IMG/VR virus record: IMGVR_UViG_3300043499_000197
Location: 1,424 to 65,423 of that record
Source of the DNA: a virus
Lineage: Duplodnaviria; Caudoviricetes
Reading direction: 5' to 3' (one strand)
Length of the DNA: 64,000 bases
Part shown: one piece after another, positions 36,127 through 44,899 of the stretch
Numbering within the stretch: the first letter of the stretch is position 1
Layout of the letters: each line of letters starts with the position of its first letter
Made by a program: the position numbers and the translations under genes
Notes under the pieces: model-generated
Seen by the model: only the letters and a program-made list of their open reading frames with translations
Database searches by the model: none
Told to the model about the DNA's origin: nothing

Positions 36127-39021
36127 TCATTCTTGTCTCTCGGTGTTCAGGTTCGGCAGGTCACTGAAGCTGGTGCTTTCGTCGATCACGATGGGTGCGA
36201 GGCCGGCGCGGCGCAGTTCCACCAGCAGGGCGTCATCCTCCTGGGCTTGCTGGGCACGGACACGCGCGACGTTCTCTTCCAGCGAGAGCGCCGAACTGGC
36301 GGGCTGCAGGTGCGACAGCAGGTTGGCGGTATCGAGGCTGGCCGGGGGCACGATCACGAAGTTGGGCGCGGGCAGCGAGGCCTCGACCGCGGCCATCGCG
36401 GGCTCGATCCAGCTTTCATCGGGCACCCCCGTGATGGGCGCCGGCGCGTGGGGCCACGTGTTCGGGTCCCTGCCGGTGGTGGGCACCGGCCACGCGGCGG
36501 CCGGGTTCAACACCCGGCCCTCCACATAGGCTTCCACCTGCGCGGGTGTCACCACCGTGCCGAGCGCGGGATCGGGGTTGGGCTCGGCCACGGGGGCGAA
36601 GGGCCAGCCTAGCTCGCTCACCGTCCCATCGGCGTTGCGCACCGTTCGCACTGGCGTGTCGGCCGTCACGGCCTGCGGCCCCATCCCATCGGGCGAGCCC
36701 ATCACCTGCTCCATGCGATCCAGCGCCTGCGCCACGTGGGTGGGCACCTCCTCGATCGGGCGGTTCATCATGCCGGCGGCCATCAGCCGCGGCCAGCGAC
36801 GCACCACGGCCGTGGCCAGCGTGTCGTCCACCTCGGCGATCAGGCGGTCCATCTCGGAGTCGCCCAGCGTGTTCAGCGTGGCGATCACGGCGGCCGTGGT
36901 CGGCGCGGCTTCCACCGCATTGGCCTCGGCCATCGCCATCCCACGCTCGTGGTCGAACGCCTGCATGCCTTCGAAGGCATCCTTCACCACGCGCGCCCAC
37001 GGCGGGCCGTTGGCATGCTGGTAGCCCAGCGTGCGCTGCATCCACTCGCTGTCCTTCTGCATCAGGAGGATGCCCAGCGCGGCCTCGTAAAGCTGGCGCG
37101 GCTCGGTCGGCTTGTTGTAGTGGGTCAGGGCGACGATGTTGTCGCCCGACTTGAACCACGTGCTGGCGCTCTGGAACCCGTTGCTGAACGCACGCAGCAT
37201 GCGCTGGTCGCGCAGGCGCCGATCGACATTGGAGTCCGGGTCGATGCTGCGGTAGGCCAGCTTGTAGGTCGGTTCGAACAACTCGCGCACCTTCTCGGCC
37301 GAGATCACAATGTCGCGCGCGACGTCGGTCTTGGACATCCTGAAGGCATGGCCGCAGATGGTGATCGGCACCACGTTGCGTTCGTACTCCCAGGTGCCGT
37401 CCACCAACTGGTTCACCTCGTGGGTGTCGGTGATCACGCGCTTGCCGCCGCGCGTCACGGCCAGCCTCGGGTGGTCCCGGTGCGCCAGCCCGCGATAGCT
37501 GTTGTACACGGCCACCGGCAGGTAGCCCTCGGACTTGAGCGGCTTCACCATCGAGACGTGGGTGAAGCTGTTGCCGCCCTCCTTGTACAGCATCAGCGCG
37601 TCTTCCTTCTTGATAAAGGTGTGCACGCCACCCGCACCTTCGAGGTACACGCAATCGACACGCGCGTGGTAGGTCGCCCCGCCCGGATAGAACACGCTGT
37701 CCAGCAGGCAGACGCCGGCGGCTTGGCGCGTGGGCGCGTCGTTGAACCAACTGTCCATGCCGGGGATCGCCACCTTGTCGCGCACGGGGATCGTGCTGTA
37801 GATGTACTGCAGCTTGCCCTCGCGATGGATGCGCATCATCACGCGATCCTCGATCTCTTCCACCGCGGCCTCGATGGCCGAGCCGACCGTGCCGTCCTCG
37901 GTCACCCACAGCACCGTGGACACCTCCATCCGGTTGGCTTGCTTGCCGGTCAGCAGGCAGGTGTAGTGGAAGGTCGAGAGGTCGATCTCGGGCACCTCGA
38001 CGTGCCCGTCCTGGGTCTGCACGCCCTTGGCCATGATGCCGGCCTTGGCGTAGGCGCGCTGCTGCTCGCCGGTCACCAGGGTGAAGAAGTCCTCGCCCTT
38101 GAAGCGCACCGCGTGCTCGGAGTCGAACGCGCGGTCCACGTTGGTGGCGTGGATGCCGCCGGCCGGATCGATCCACGGCATCACGATCATGGCGTCGTTG
38201 TTTTCGTCGAACGACGGGTCGCGCAGGATGCGCAGCTTGGCGCCGGCCAGCCCGCGCATGCGGTAGCCGTTGGCCTCCAGCTTCTTCCTCAGGATGGGGT
38301 CGCCATAGATGCGCACGTAGCGCTTGTCGTCGGGGTCGGCCGGGTTGATCCAGACCACGCTGCGCGATTTCACCGTACCGTTCACGTCGGTGGTGTAGGC
38401 CACCCCCATGTTCGGGCTCGCATAGACCGCACTCGGGTGGTACTCCTCGTGGCCGAAGTGCTCCTCGTCGTAGCGCATGCAGCCGGTGTCGCCGTCCATT
38501 TCGCGATAGACCTGGTAGATCGCTTCCACGGTCTCGGCCAGCTTGAAGCTGGTATCGAGTTCGCTGCGATGCTGCTGTTCCAGCCGCTGGATCTCGCGGT
38601 CGGGTGCCCACAGCAGGAACTTGCGCAGGAACCGCCCGATCGTCATGCGCTGCTTGCGGTCGGCCCGGCCTTGCACCGGGTCGGGCGTGAACGCGATCTC
38701 GGTCCTGTCGATCGGGCTCACGTGCGGCCACATCTGGCCGACACCGGTGTTGGAGGCCACCGTGCGCAGCCAGCGGATCACGCTGGTCGGCTCGGGGTAG
38801 AACCCGACCGTCTCGCGGATTATGTCGCGCTGCAGCGGCCAGAGGTCGCCGCTCACGTGCTGCAGGTCGTGCACGTACTGGTGGTCGGCCATCGGCAGGT
38901 GGTTCCCGGCCTGCACCCAGGCGCGCCCGATGTGGCTGCGGGTGCGGTTGAACACGTCATCGAACTGTTCTCGAGACGTGATGTTTTGAGCCCATAAGGC
39001 TTTGGTTTCTTCGTTCGTCAT
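36127..39021 (-). CDS. Large uncharacterised early protein (~964 aa)
   Basis: Long ORF with strong GC3 bias; start at MTNEE. Confidence 0.85.
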   Translation of the reverse strand: MTNEETKALWAQNITSREQFDDVFNRTRSHIGRAWVQAGNHLPMADHQYVHDLQHVSGDLWPLQRDIIRETVGFYPEPTSVIRWLRTVASNTGVGQMWPHVSPIDRTEIAFTPDPVQGRADRKQRMTIGRFLRKFLLWAPDREIQRLEQQHRSELDTSFKLAETVEAIYQVYREMDGDTGCMRYDEEHFGHEEYHPSAVYASPNMGVAYTTDVNGTVKSRSVVWINPADPDDKRYVRIYGDPILRKKLEANGYRMRGLAGAKLRILRDPSFDENNDAMIVMPWIDPAGGIHATNVDRAFDSEHAVRFKGEDFFTLVTGEQQRAYAKAGIMAKGVQTQDGHVEVPEIDLSTFHYTCLLTGKQANRMEVSTVLWVTEDGTVGSAIEAAVEEIEDRVMMRIHREGKLQYIYSTIPVRDKVAIPGMDSWFNDAPTRQAAGVCLLDSVFYPGGATYHARVDCVYLEGAGGVHTFIKKEDALMLYKEGGNSFTHVSMVKPLKSEGYLPVAVYNSYRGLAHRDHPRLAVTRGGKRVITDTHEVNQLVDGTWEYERNVVPITICGHAFRMSKTDVARDIVISAEKVRELFEPTYKLAYRSIDPDSNVDRRLRDQRMLRAFSNGFQSASTWFKSGDNIVALTHYNKPTEPRQLYEAALGILLMQKDSEWMQRTLGYQHANGPPWARVVKDAFEGMQAFDHERGMAMAEANAVEAAPTTAAVIATLNTLGDSEMDRLIAEVDDTLATAVVRRWPRLMAAGMMNRPIEEVPTHVAQALDRMEQVMGSPDGMGPQAVTADTPVRTVRNADGTVSELGWPFAPVAEPNPDPALGTVVTPAQVEAYVEGRVLNPAAAWPVPTTGRDPNTWPHAPAPITGVPDESWIEPAMAAVEASLPAPNFVIVPPASLDTANLLSHLQPASSALSLEENVARVRAQQAQEDDALLVELRRAGLAPIVIDESTSFSDLPNLNTERQE

Positions 39022-39050
39022 GGTTTGACTGGAACTTTTCTTTGGTGAGG

Positions 39051-39086
39051 AAAAGAAAAACCCCGGCAGTTTGCACCGCCGGGGTT
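39051..39086 (-). terminator. Intrinsic terminator
   Basis: Minus strand AACCCCGGCGGTGCAAACTGCCGGGGTTTTTCTTTT. Confidence 0.75.
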
Positions 39087-39153
39087 GGAAGGCGTGCCTT
39101 GCGCACACCGGGGGAGGGGAGCTAACCCTGAAAGTATCTTAGCTTACATCCTT

Positions 39154-39675
39154 TCAGTAAGGAAGGTCGTCGTCGCCTTCGATCTCGTAGGCATCCTTGG
39201 AGGCCAGCACCCAGGCGTTGCCCATCACGTCGATGATCATCTGCTCGCCCTCGATGGCGATCGTGGTGGCCGCGTTGGGCGCGCTCTCGCTGGCCACGAT
39301 GTCGTCGTTGCCGGCGGCGTCCATGTTGTCCAGCATGTCGATCAGCGCCTCGTGCAGGCGCTCGACCGGCACCTGATACCAGCGCTTGGCAGCCGCAGCG
39401 CCGGCCGCTCCGGTGGCCGCCGCGTGGATCCACTTGCCCTGGTCGTCCAGGGTGTACGCCTCGCGCGTGGATTTGTTCTTCAGCACGCCGGCGTTGTCGG
39501 CACCCGAGTCCACATCGACTTCCGCCACCAGCTTGTGGTTGGCGGGGATGCCGAACTGGACCTTGGCACGCGCGAAGACTTCGCGCTTCATCGCCCGGCG
39601 GGCGTCGGTCGGCGCATAGTCGCGCGCGATTTTGATGGCGTGGCATTCAGCAGTTGACAGTTTGGCGTAGGCCAT
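39154..39675 (-). CDS. Hypothetical protein (basic N-terminus, acidic C-terminus)
   Basis: GGAG SD before ATG 39675; followed by terminator. Confidence 0.8.
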   Translation of the reverse strand: MAYAKLSTAECHAIKIARDYAPTDARRAMKREVFARAKVQFGIPANHKLVAEVDVDSGADNAGVLKNKSTREAYTLDDQGKWIHAAATGAAGAAAAKRWYQVPVERLHEALIDMLDNMDAAGNDDIVASESAPNAATTIAIEGEQMIIDVMGNAWVLASKDAYEIEGDDDLPY

Positions 39676-39793
39676 TTTTCGATACTCCAATTGGTGAGAG
39701 ATCCGGGGACACAAGGAAACGCACACGGGGGATCAGTCCGTGTGCGCATGACCAAAGCTGGTCAGTATGCGCATGAATCACGCGCATACGGTT

Positions 39794-40234
39794 TTACTTT
39801 GATCGACGTTGCTTGTCGTACTCACTGCGGCACGTTTTGCAGATGTAGCCGCGTGTTGTGAACTCGGCCAGCAGCTTGACAGCGCAGCACTTGAAGCACC
39901 GCCTATGACCTTCGGGCGGCACATCTTCGCTGTGTGTCATGCGTGCATTGCACGACTGGCATATCAGGGAAACCGTGCCGTCTTTCCAGTGCTGCAGGCT
40001 AACGACCGCTGACATGCCAGCGACGTTACTGCGCCAGAACATCTCCAGGTCACATTCAGAGCACACGAGCGGGTCGGGCACCAGCGCTTCAAGTTCAGCT
40101 ATGCCGGGCACGAATTTCCCGCCGGCTTTCGCACTTCTGCGCATTCTGCTCAACCGATAGTGTGCCTCGCAGTACAGCGTGCCGCGCCCGTTGACGTCGC
40201 GCACGCCTTCCTGGTCGCAATGGATGCAGTTCAC
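39794..40234 (-). CDS. Cys-rich HNH/endonuclease VII-like zinc-finger protein
   Basis: Multiple CxxC; LQH...LICQSCN; lower GC than neighbours. Confidence 0.55.
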   Translation of the reverse strand: MNCIHCDQEGVRDVNGRGTLYCEAHYRLSRMRRSAKAGGKFVPGIAELEALVPDPLVCSECDLEMFWRSNVAGMSAVVSLQHWKDGTVSLICQSCNARMTHSEDVPPEGHRRCFKCCAVKLLAEFTTRGYICKTCRSEYDKQRRSK

Positions 40235-40338
40235 CGTCGTGGCTTGGTGCAGTGGTACACCAGCCAGCCGATGGCCACGCTCAGCCAGATCGGACAGGCC
40301 ACCCGGTTGCGGTAGCCCTGGCCCTGCCATTTCCTCAT
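40231..40338 (-). CDS. Small membrane protein (35 aa)
   Basis: MRKWQGQGYRNRVACPIWLSVAIGWLVYHC; 4-nt overlaps. Confidence 0.5.
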   Translation of the reverse strand: MRKWQGQGYRNRVACPIWLSVAIGWLVYHCTKPRR

Positions 40339-40508
40339 GGCTGGGGTCCCTGGCCGGAATGCGCGTTGGCCTCGTTCTGCGCCACGAGGTCGGCCTCGCC
40401 GGCAGGCGCGTGGCGGGGCTCGTCCTTGAGGGCGATCCAGACGCCGATGAGCACCAGCGTGCTGGCCACCAGCGTCAGGGCACCGATGGGTGCAAGGATG
40501 GCGCACAT
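40335..40508 (-). CDS. Small membrane protein (57 aa)
   Basis: MCAILAPIGALTLVASTLVLIGVWIALKDE; below ORF-track cutoff, translationally coupled. Confidence 0.6.
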   Translation of the reverse strand: MCAILAPIGALTLVASTLVLIGVWIALKDEPRHAPAGEADLVAQNEANAHSGQGPQP

Positions 40509-40660
40509 CACAGCGGCCGGCCCTTGTCATCGAAGCCGCCCTGGCCCGGCGGGGGCGGCAGGATGGGGTCGATCAGCACGACGTAGCCGACGAAACCCAG
40601 CAGCACCAGCGCGATGATGGCGAACACCGGCGCGACGATGTAGAGGAGGAAGTCGATCAC
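40508..40660 (-). CDS. Small membrane protein (50 aa)
   Basis: MIDFLLYIVAPVFAIIALVLLGFVGYVVLIDPILPPPP; coupled overlaps. Confidence 0.6.
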   Translation of the reverse strand: MIDFLLYIVAPVFAIIALVLLGFVGYVVLIDPILPPPPGQGGFDDKGRPL

Positions 40661-41058
40661 GATGCGGCCTTGGGCGCGGCCCCGCTCGCACCGTTCGCCT
40701 TGGCTCTGATCGCCTGCTCGATGTCGGCGATCACGTCCAGCGCGGCCTCGATCGGGGTCTCGGCGGGCGGGGGCATGCCCTGATCGACGTAGACCCGGCG
40801 CCGCTCGCGCATCACGTGGCTGGCCAGTTCGAGTTCGGACCAGCCCATCTTCTTGCCCAGGTTGACCATCACGATCGGCCCGATGGCATCGAACAGCTTG
40901 ACCGCGACCAGGGGCACGTCCAGGCCCAGCTTGTGGTGGAGTTCGACGCCGACCACGATCATCTCCAGGCGAGACATGAAGGCGTCGTAGGTGCTGGGTT
41001 GCTGGGCGTTGGTAGGCGCTTCTTCAGCGCCGGGGCAGGGTTGACCGGGTTTGCACAT
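40657..41058 (-). CDS. Hypothetical protein
   Basis: MCKPGQPC...; preceded by CCTCACCAAAAAGGA. Confidence 0.7.
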   Translation of the reverse strand: MCKPGQPCPGAEEAPTNAQQPSTYDAFMSRLEMIVVGVELHHKLGLDVPLVAVKLFDAIGPIVMVNLGKKMGWSELELASHVMRERRRVYVDQGMPPPAETPIEAALDVIADIEQAIRAKANGASGAAPKAAS

Positions 41059-41102
41059 TTTCAATTTCCTTTTTGGTGAGGTTGAAGGAGAGGGACAGGG
41101 AA

Positions 41103-41366
41103 TCAGTTGTTGCTGTCGGGCCAGTCGGCTGGCAGGTTGGCGATGGTCTCTCCAGGTTGGGGAATCGGCCAGCCGATGATAGCTTCGCCGATCGTGAACA
41201 CCTGCTGCAAATAGGCCGGCTCGATGGCGCGCAGCGCATGCAGGGCAGCCGAATACTCCAGGTAGAAGCACCCGCTGCGGGCTTTCTCGAAGCCACGCTT
41301 GAAGCCGCGCTTGTCCTTGGCCACGATAACGAACACCGTAGTTGGTTGGCTCAGTTTGATCTTCAT
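41103..41366 (-). CDS. Hypothetical protein
   Basis: MKIKLSQP...; ATGA overlap. Confidence 0.6.
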   Translation of the reverse strand: MKIKLSQPTTVFVIVAKDKRGFKRGFEKARSGCFYLEYSAALHALRAIEPAYLQQVFTIGEAIIGWPIPQPGETIANLPADWPDSNN

Positions 41367-41596
41367 GATTTCGAAAAGAAGGTGGTGACGACCAGCGAGT
41401 AGCCCTGCCACCAGCAATACAGGCTCAGGAACACGTACGACAGCCACTCCAGCGGCAGTTCGCCCAGCGTTTTCACGTGGGGCGCACCGGGCCAGAGATA
41501 CCAGCCTAATGCCATGCAGACGAGGGCCAGCAGGACCAGCAGCACGTTGGCTCGCTTCTGGTGCGCGCGGGTCAGGTTGAACAGGTCGAGTTTCAT
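41363..41596 (-). CDS. Two-TM membrane protein
   Basis: VLLVLLALVCMALGWYLW and WLSYVFLSLYCWW segments; GGAGG SD. Confidence 0.65.
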   Translation of the reverse strand: MKLDLFNLTRAHQKRANVLLVLLALVCMALGWYLWPGAPHVKTLGELPLEWLSYVFLSLYCWWQGYSLVVTTFFSKS

Positions 41597-41775
41597 CCGC
41601 GCCTCCACACGTCGTTGAACTGGATCACCGCTTCGTCGGCCATCATCCGAGCGTTCGCAGAAGCCTTTTCGACATCGAGGTGTCGAGCCATGCAGATGGG
41701 CAGCGCGTGGGCGTACGCAGCCGTCCAGAGCAGCACCTGCTCGGCGCGATCTTCGCGGTACTCTTCGTCGGTCAT
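41593..41775 (-). CDS. Hypothetical protein
   Basis: MTDEEYRED...; GGAG SD. Confidence 0.65.
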   Translation of the reverse strand: MTDEEYREDRAEQVLLWTAAYAHALPICMARHLDVEKASANARMMADEAVIQFNDVWRRG

Positions 41776-41960
41776 ACCCGGCTCTCCAGGTACTCGACGA
41801 GGTAGCGCGCGTAGTTGGGCACGAACACGTGGCCCTCGAACTCGAAGGTGGCGTCGCGCACGGGACGCGCATCGGCTACCTTCAGCGCGGCCTTGAAGCG
41901 TTCGAGCTTCGGGCGGGTCCAGGTCACGCCGCCCCTGGGGCGGGGGGTGTGGTTGGTCAC
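41772..41960 (-). CDS. Hypothetical protein
   Basis: FEFEGHVFVPNYARYLVEYL; GTGA overlap. Confidence 0.65.
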   Translation of the reverse strand: MTNHTPRPRGGVTWTRPKLERFKAALKVADARPVRDATFEFEGHVFVPNYARYLVEYLESRV

Positions 41961-42247
41961 TTGGTTCCTTTCTTGAATCGATACTGGATGCGGCGCTCGA
42001 CACCCATGCGGGCCAGCGTCTCGTCGCTCGGGGCATCCTTGGACCCGCTGGTGAGCCGGCACCAGTAGGTCTTGTCCACCCCGCACTGGCGCGCAGCTTC
42101 GGCCTGCGTGCCGTGGATGGCGTTGAGCTTCGTCACGATCTCGGTGATGGTGGTCCAGTCGCCAGCGTTGCGAGCCTTGAGTTGCTCGGCAAGCAGCCGG
42201 CCCATGTTGCGTGCGCTGCGCTTGGCGAGTTCCTGTGGGGTCAGCAT
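41957..42247 (-). CDS. XRE-like HTH protein
   Basis: GTQAEAARQCGVDKTYWCRLTSG..DAPSDETLARMG. Confidence 0.75.
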   Translation of the reverse strand: MLTPQELAKRSARNMGRLLAEQLKARNAGDWTTITEIVTKLNAIHGTQAEAARQCGVDKTYWCRLTSGSKDAPSDETLARMGVERRIQYRFKKGTK

Positions 42248-42264
42248 GTTTCGTCCCGTTCCTT

Positions 42265-42618
42265 TTACAGGGCGTTGCGGGCTTGCGTGGTGGCGCGGTA
42301 GCCCTGGTTGATGCCGTACTGCGTGCGGTAGAACTCGGAGGCCGGGTAGGCGTAGGTGGTGTCGTCTTGCCAGCGCACCTCGATCTCGGTGCCCGACTCG
42401 ACGAAGTGCCAGCAGCCCGCGCCCACGATGCGCCCGCTGGCGGCCTGGATGTAGGCGTGCTTCTCGCCGCGCTGGCAGGTGGGCACGATGTCGTCGGTGA
42501 CGGCGATGCGCCCGCCCACCTTGTTGGGCAGGTAGCCGATGGTGTCGGCCTTGGCTGCATGCATGGCAGCCATCGAGAAGCCGACAGCCAGGGCGATGGT
42601 GATAAGGGATTTTTTCAT
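42265..42618 (-). CDS. Secreted/periplasmic protein with Sec signal peptide
   Basis: MKKSLITIALAVGFSMAAMHAAKA-D; two Cys, GCW motif. Confidence 0.75.
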   Translation of the reverse strand: MKKSLITIALAVGFSMAAMHAAKADTIGYLPNKVGGRIAVTDDIVPTCQRGEKHAYIQAASGRIVGAGCWHFVESGTEIEVRWQDDTTYAYPASEFYRTQYGINQGYRATTQARNAL

Positions 42619-42690
42619 GATGATCCTGTTGGTGAGTTGAGGTAGTGGGATAGTCCCGCGATGCGCGCTGCGACACGCATCAGGTGAGTA

Positions 42691-43047
42691 TCAGATTGCC
42701 TTGCCCAGCAGGGACTCGACGTGCAGGATCGCTGCGCGCTCGGCCGCGTTGCGGACGTCGGCCAGCTTGGCCATCTCCTCGTCGGCCCGGCGCGCGGCGT
42801 GCATGGCGTCCACTGCCTGCAGCACCGAGGCGGCGAACTGATTGAGCAGGCTCACGCACACTTCATCGTGCGGCTTGCCCGTGGCATAGGCGAACGCATG
42901 CGTGGCGCGCAGGAACACGGCCGGCAGTTCGACCGCCTTGCGCTCGATCTTGGGTGCCTGCACAGGCTCGTTCTTGTCCAGGCCGAGCTTCTCGCGCAGC
43001 AGGGCTTGCAGGCGGGTGACGTTGGCAGGGGGTTGGTTGGTGGTCAT
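42691..43047 (-). CDS. Hypothetical protein
   Basis: MTTNQPP...; AAAAGGA SD. Confidence 0.7.
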   Translation of the reverse strand: MTTNQPPANVTRLQALLREKLGLDKNEPVQAPKIERKAVELPAVFLRATHAFAYATGKPHDEVCVSLLNQFAASVLQAVDAMHAARRADEEMAKLADVRNAAERAAILHVESLLGKAI

Positions 43048-43176
43048 CTGACATCCTTTTGGTTGGTGAGGTTTGGGACATTCCCACTGAGCACGCTGCG
43101 ACATGCTCAAGGTGAAAGTCGGGTTCAGCGCATGTAGGATGCGCTGGTTGCCGGTCGGGGTTTCGTCCCGTTCCTT

Positions 43177-43512
43177 TTATGCGCGCGCAGCGTTCTCTTG
43201 TTCGGCGAACTCGGCCATGCGCTTCTCGGCATCCGCTTCCTGGCCAGCGACCAATGCAGCGTAGCGTTGCGGGTGGAGTTGTTCGGCCAGCAGGTTGGCC
43301 AGCGTGGCCATGTTGCAGGCGCTGGTGTTCTCCAGCTTCTCGAAGGCACGCTCGCCCTCGGCACTCCAGTCGGGGAACATGCGCTCCAATGCGAGGCGCT
43401 GTTCGAGTTGTTCCATGTGGTCGGACACGCACTTGCGGACAGCGATCTCGGCCAGCTTGCGTGGGGTGAGGTCGTTCAAGGCTTCGAAGGCCTGGATGGG
43501 GGTGATCTGCAT
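43177..43512 (-). CDS. Hypothetical protein
   Basis: 111-aa ORF, AAGGA SD. Confidence 0.75.
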   Translation of the reverse strand: MQITPIQAFEALNDLTPRKLAEIAVRKCVSDHMEQLEQRLALERMFPDWSAEGERAFEKLENTSACNMATLANLLAEQLHPQRYAALVAGQEADAEKRMAEFAEQENAARA

Positions 43513-43537
43513 GACTATCCTTTAAGTTGCAGTTAGG

Positions 43538-43834
43538 TTAAGCGCGGCGGTTGTCGCGCGGCTGGACATAGGTGCTGAAGTTGGTAGCTTGTTTGCCGGG
43601 TTGTGTCTCCCACTTGTTGGACTTGGCTCTCCATCCGGCCGGGATGACGGTCGAGTTATCAGGCTCGTGTGCGCTGGCTTCGCCTTTACGATCCACTAAC
43701 AAGAAGGTGTGACCCTTCGGAATGCGGTTAGTGTTGCTGTTCATCCATGTTCGGGCTTGCGCCTTAGTGCTGCAAGCGTGGATTTGGTAGACAGACTTGC
43801 CGTTAAAGGCTACGTGCACTTGAGTTAAGGCCAT
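43538..43834 (-). CDS. Hypothetical early protein (98 aa, low GC)
   Basis: AAGGAG SD before ATG 43834 (MALTQVH...). Confidence 0.65.
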   Translation of the reverse strand: MALTQVHVAFNGKSVYQIHACSTKAQARTWMNSNTNRIPKGHTFLLVDRKGEASAHEPDNSTVIPAGWRAKSNKWETQPGKQATNFSTYVQPRDNRRA

Positions 43835-43869
43835 TAAGGGCTCCTTAGTGTAGGGGTTAACCCCCATGA

Positions 43870-44197
43870 TTTCTGACATGAGGGGGGGTTGGTGCCGACA
43901 TTTCCGACTGTTGGCAGAAATCGACACACAGCTTAATGTGGTTGATTTCATTGAAGATTTCACTGTGACAGTTTGTACCTTCCGACATTTCTGACATGTT
44001 TCGAAACTCACTGTCCCCCGTTTCATGACGTTAAGGGCTTAACGTGAGTACACTGACATTAAGCCCTTAGCTAATTAGCGCTTCAGAAAATTCTTATGCG
44101 CGAGGGGTAGGGTTTTATGTAAGAAATCTCAGAAGTGTCAGAAATGTACAGGAAGAACACTTTCTGACATAGGCCGACCGATTTCTGACAGTCAGAA
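43870..44197. repeat. Iteron-like TTTC(T/C)GACAT repeats in an AT-rich region (candidate origin)
   Basis: Copies at 43870, 43901, 43980, 43988, 44161, 44182 and inverted at 44136, 44191. Confidence 0.7.
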
Positions 44198-44297
44198 GTC
44201 ACTAAGGCTTAATAGGCCCCAAATGTCGCCCAAACCGTAGATGGCCGACACTTCAAGCCCAAAATGGCCGTTAATATAAATCGTCCCGTTCCTTTTT

Positions 44298-44415
44298 CGC
44301 ACTAAGCGGCCCTTAAGACCGCTTAGTTAGCTAACTTAAGGCCCTTAACAGCTAGTTAAGCGGCCTTAAGTTAGCTAAGCCGCACTAAGCGGCCTAGTTA
44401 AGAGGCTAATTAGCC
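44298..44415. repeat. TTAA/CTAAG-rich palindrome cluster
   Basis: 17-bp perfect IR 44327-44343/44362-44378; flanking 14-bp direct repeat CGCACTAAGCGGCC at 44298 and 44381. Confidence 0.9.
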
Positions 44416-44892
44416 TTCGATGGTGCGTGCTGCGTCGTCCTTAGCAGTGTCGTCCTTGCCGATCAGCGCGCTAAGTTCAGCCACCATGCTGATAAGAACC
44501 ATCTTCTTGCCCTTAGGCGCCTTGCCGTTAGACACAGCCAGTGCATGCAGGCCTTCGATGATCATGCAGAACGAGCGAGCCGTAGCCTTAGACGGGCGGC
44601 GCGCTTGTCCGAGCATCATGTCGATAACTAAGCGCTGTGCCTTAGGCACGATGCCTTCGTTAAGGACCTCGCGCATCAGGTTGCCGTAGTTGCCGTCCAT
44701 GCACTGCTTAGCGAAGATTTCCATCATGAGGCGCTGACGTTCGTCCTTCGATGCGAAGCTGATCGACATCTCGAAGCAGCGCGGGTTGCCCTTCTTGTCG
44801 AAGGTGACCATGTGGCTGGTGGCGTTGCTCAGTGCGTCGGACACGGTGATCTCGCCGACGATGGAGGGTGCAGTGTTGGTGATCGAGTACAT
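44410..44892 (-). CDS. First leftward (early) gene, hypothetical protein
   Basis: 160-aa ORF, CCTCACTAAGGA SD motif. Confidence 0.8.
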   Translation of the reverse strand: MYSITNTAPSIVGEITVSDALSNATSHMVTFDKKGNPRCFEMSISFASKDERQRLMMEIFAKQCMDGNYGNLMREVLNEGIVPKAQRLVIDMMLGQARRPSKATARSFCMIIEGLHALAVSNGKAPKGKKMVLISMVAELSALIGKDDTAKDDAARTIEG

Positions 44893-44899
44893 AAAAATT

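Larger units (their letters stand above)
42248..44296. repeat. Dispersed repeat GTTTCGTCCCGTTCCTTTTA (42248-42267, 43160-43179; 16-bp core at 44281-44296)
   Basis: Two exact 20-bp copies plus one 16-bp copy, essentially intergenic. Confidence 0.85.

Noticed and set aside
42248-43179. GGACGAAAC in the 20-bp repeat as a hammerhead half
   Set aside because: No CUGANGA partner or stem II upstream of either copy
43870-44415. CRISPR array or mini-array
   Set aside because: Repeats are short, irregularly spaced and in both orientations, with no uniform spacers; the Cas4-like nuclease sits in the replication module
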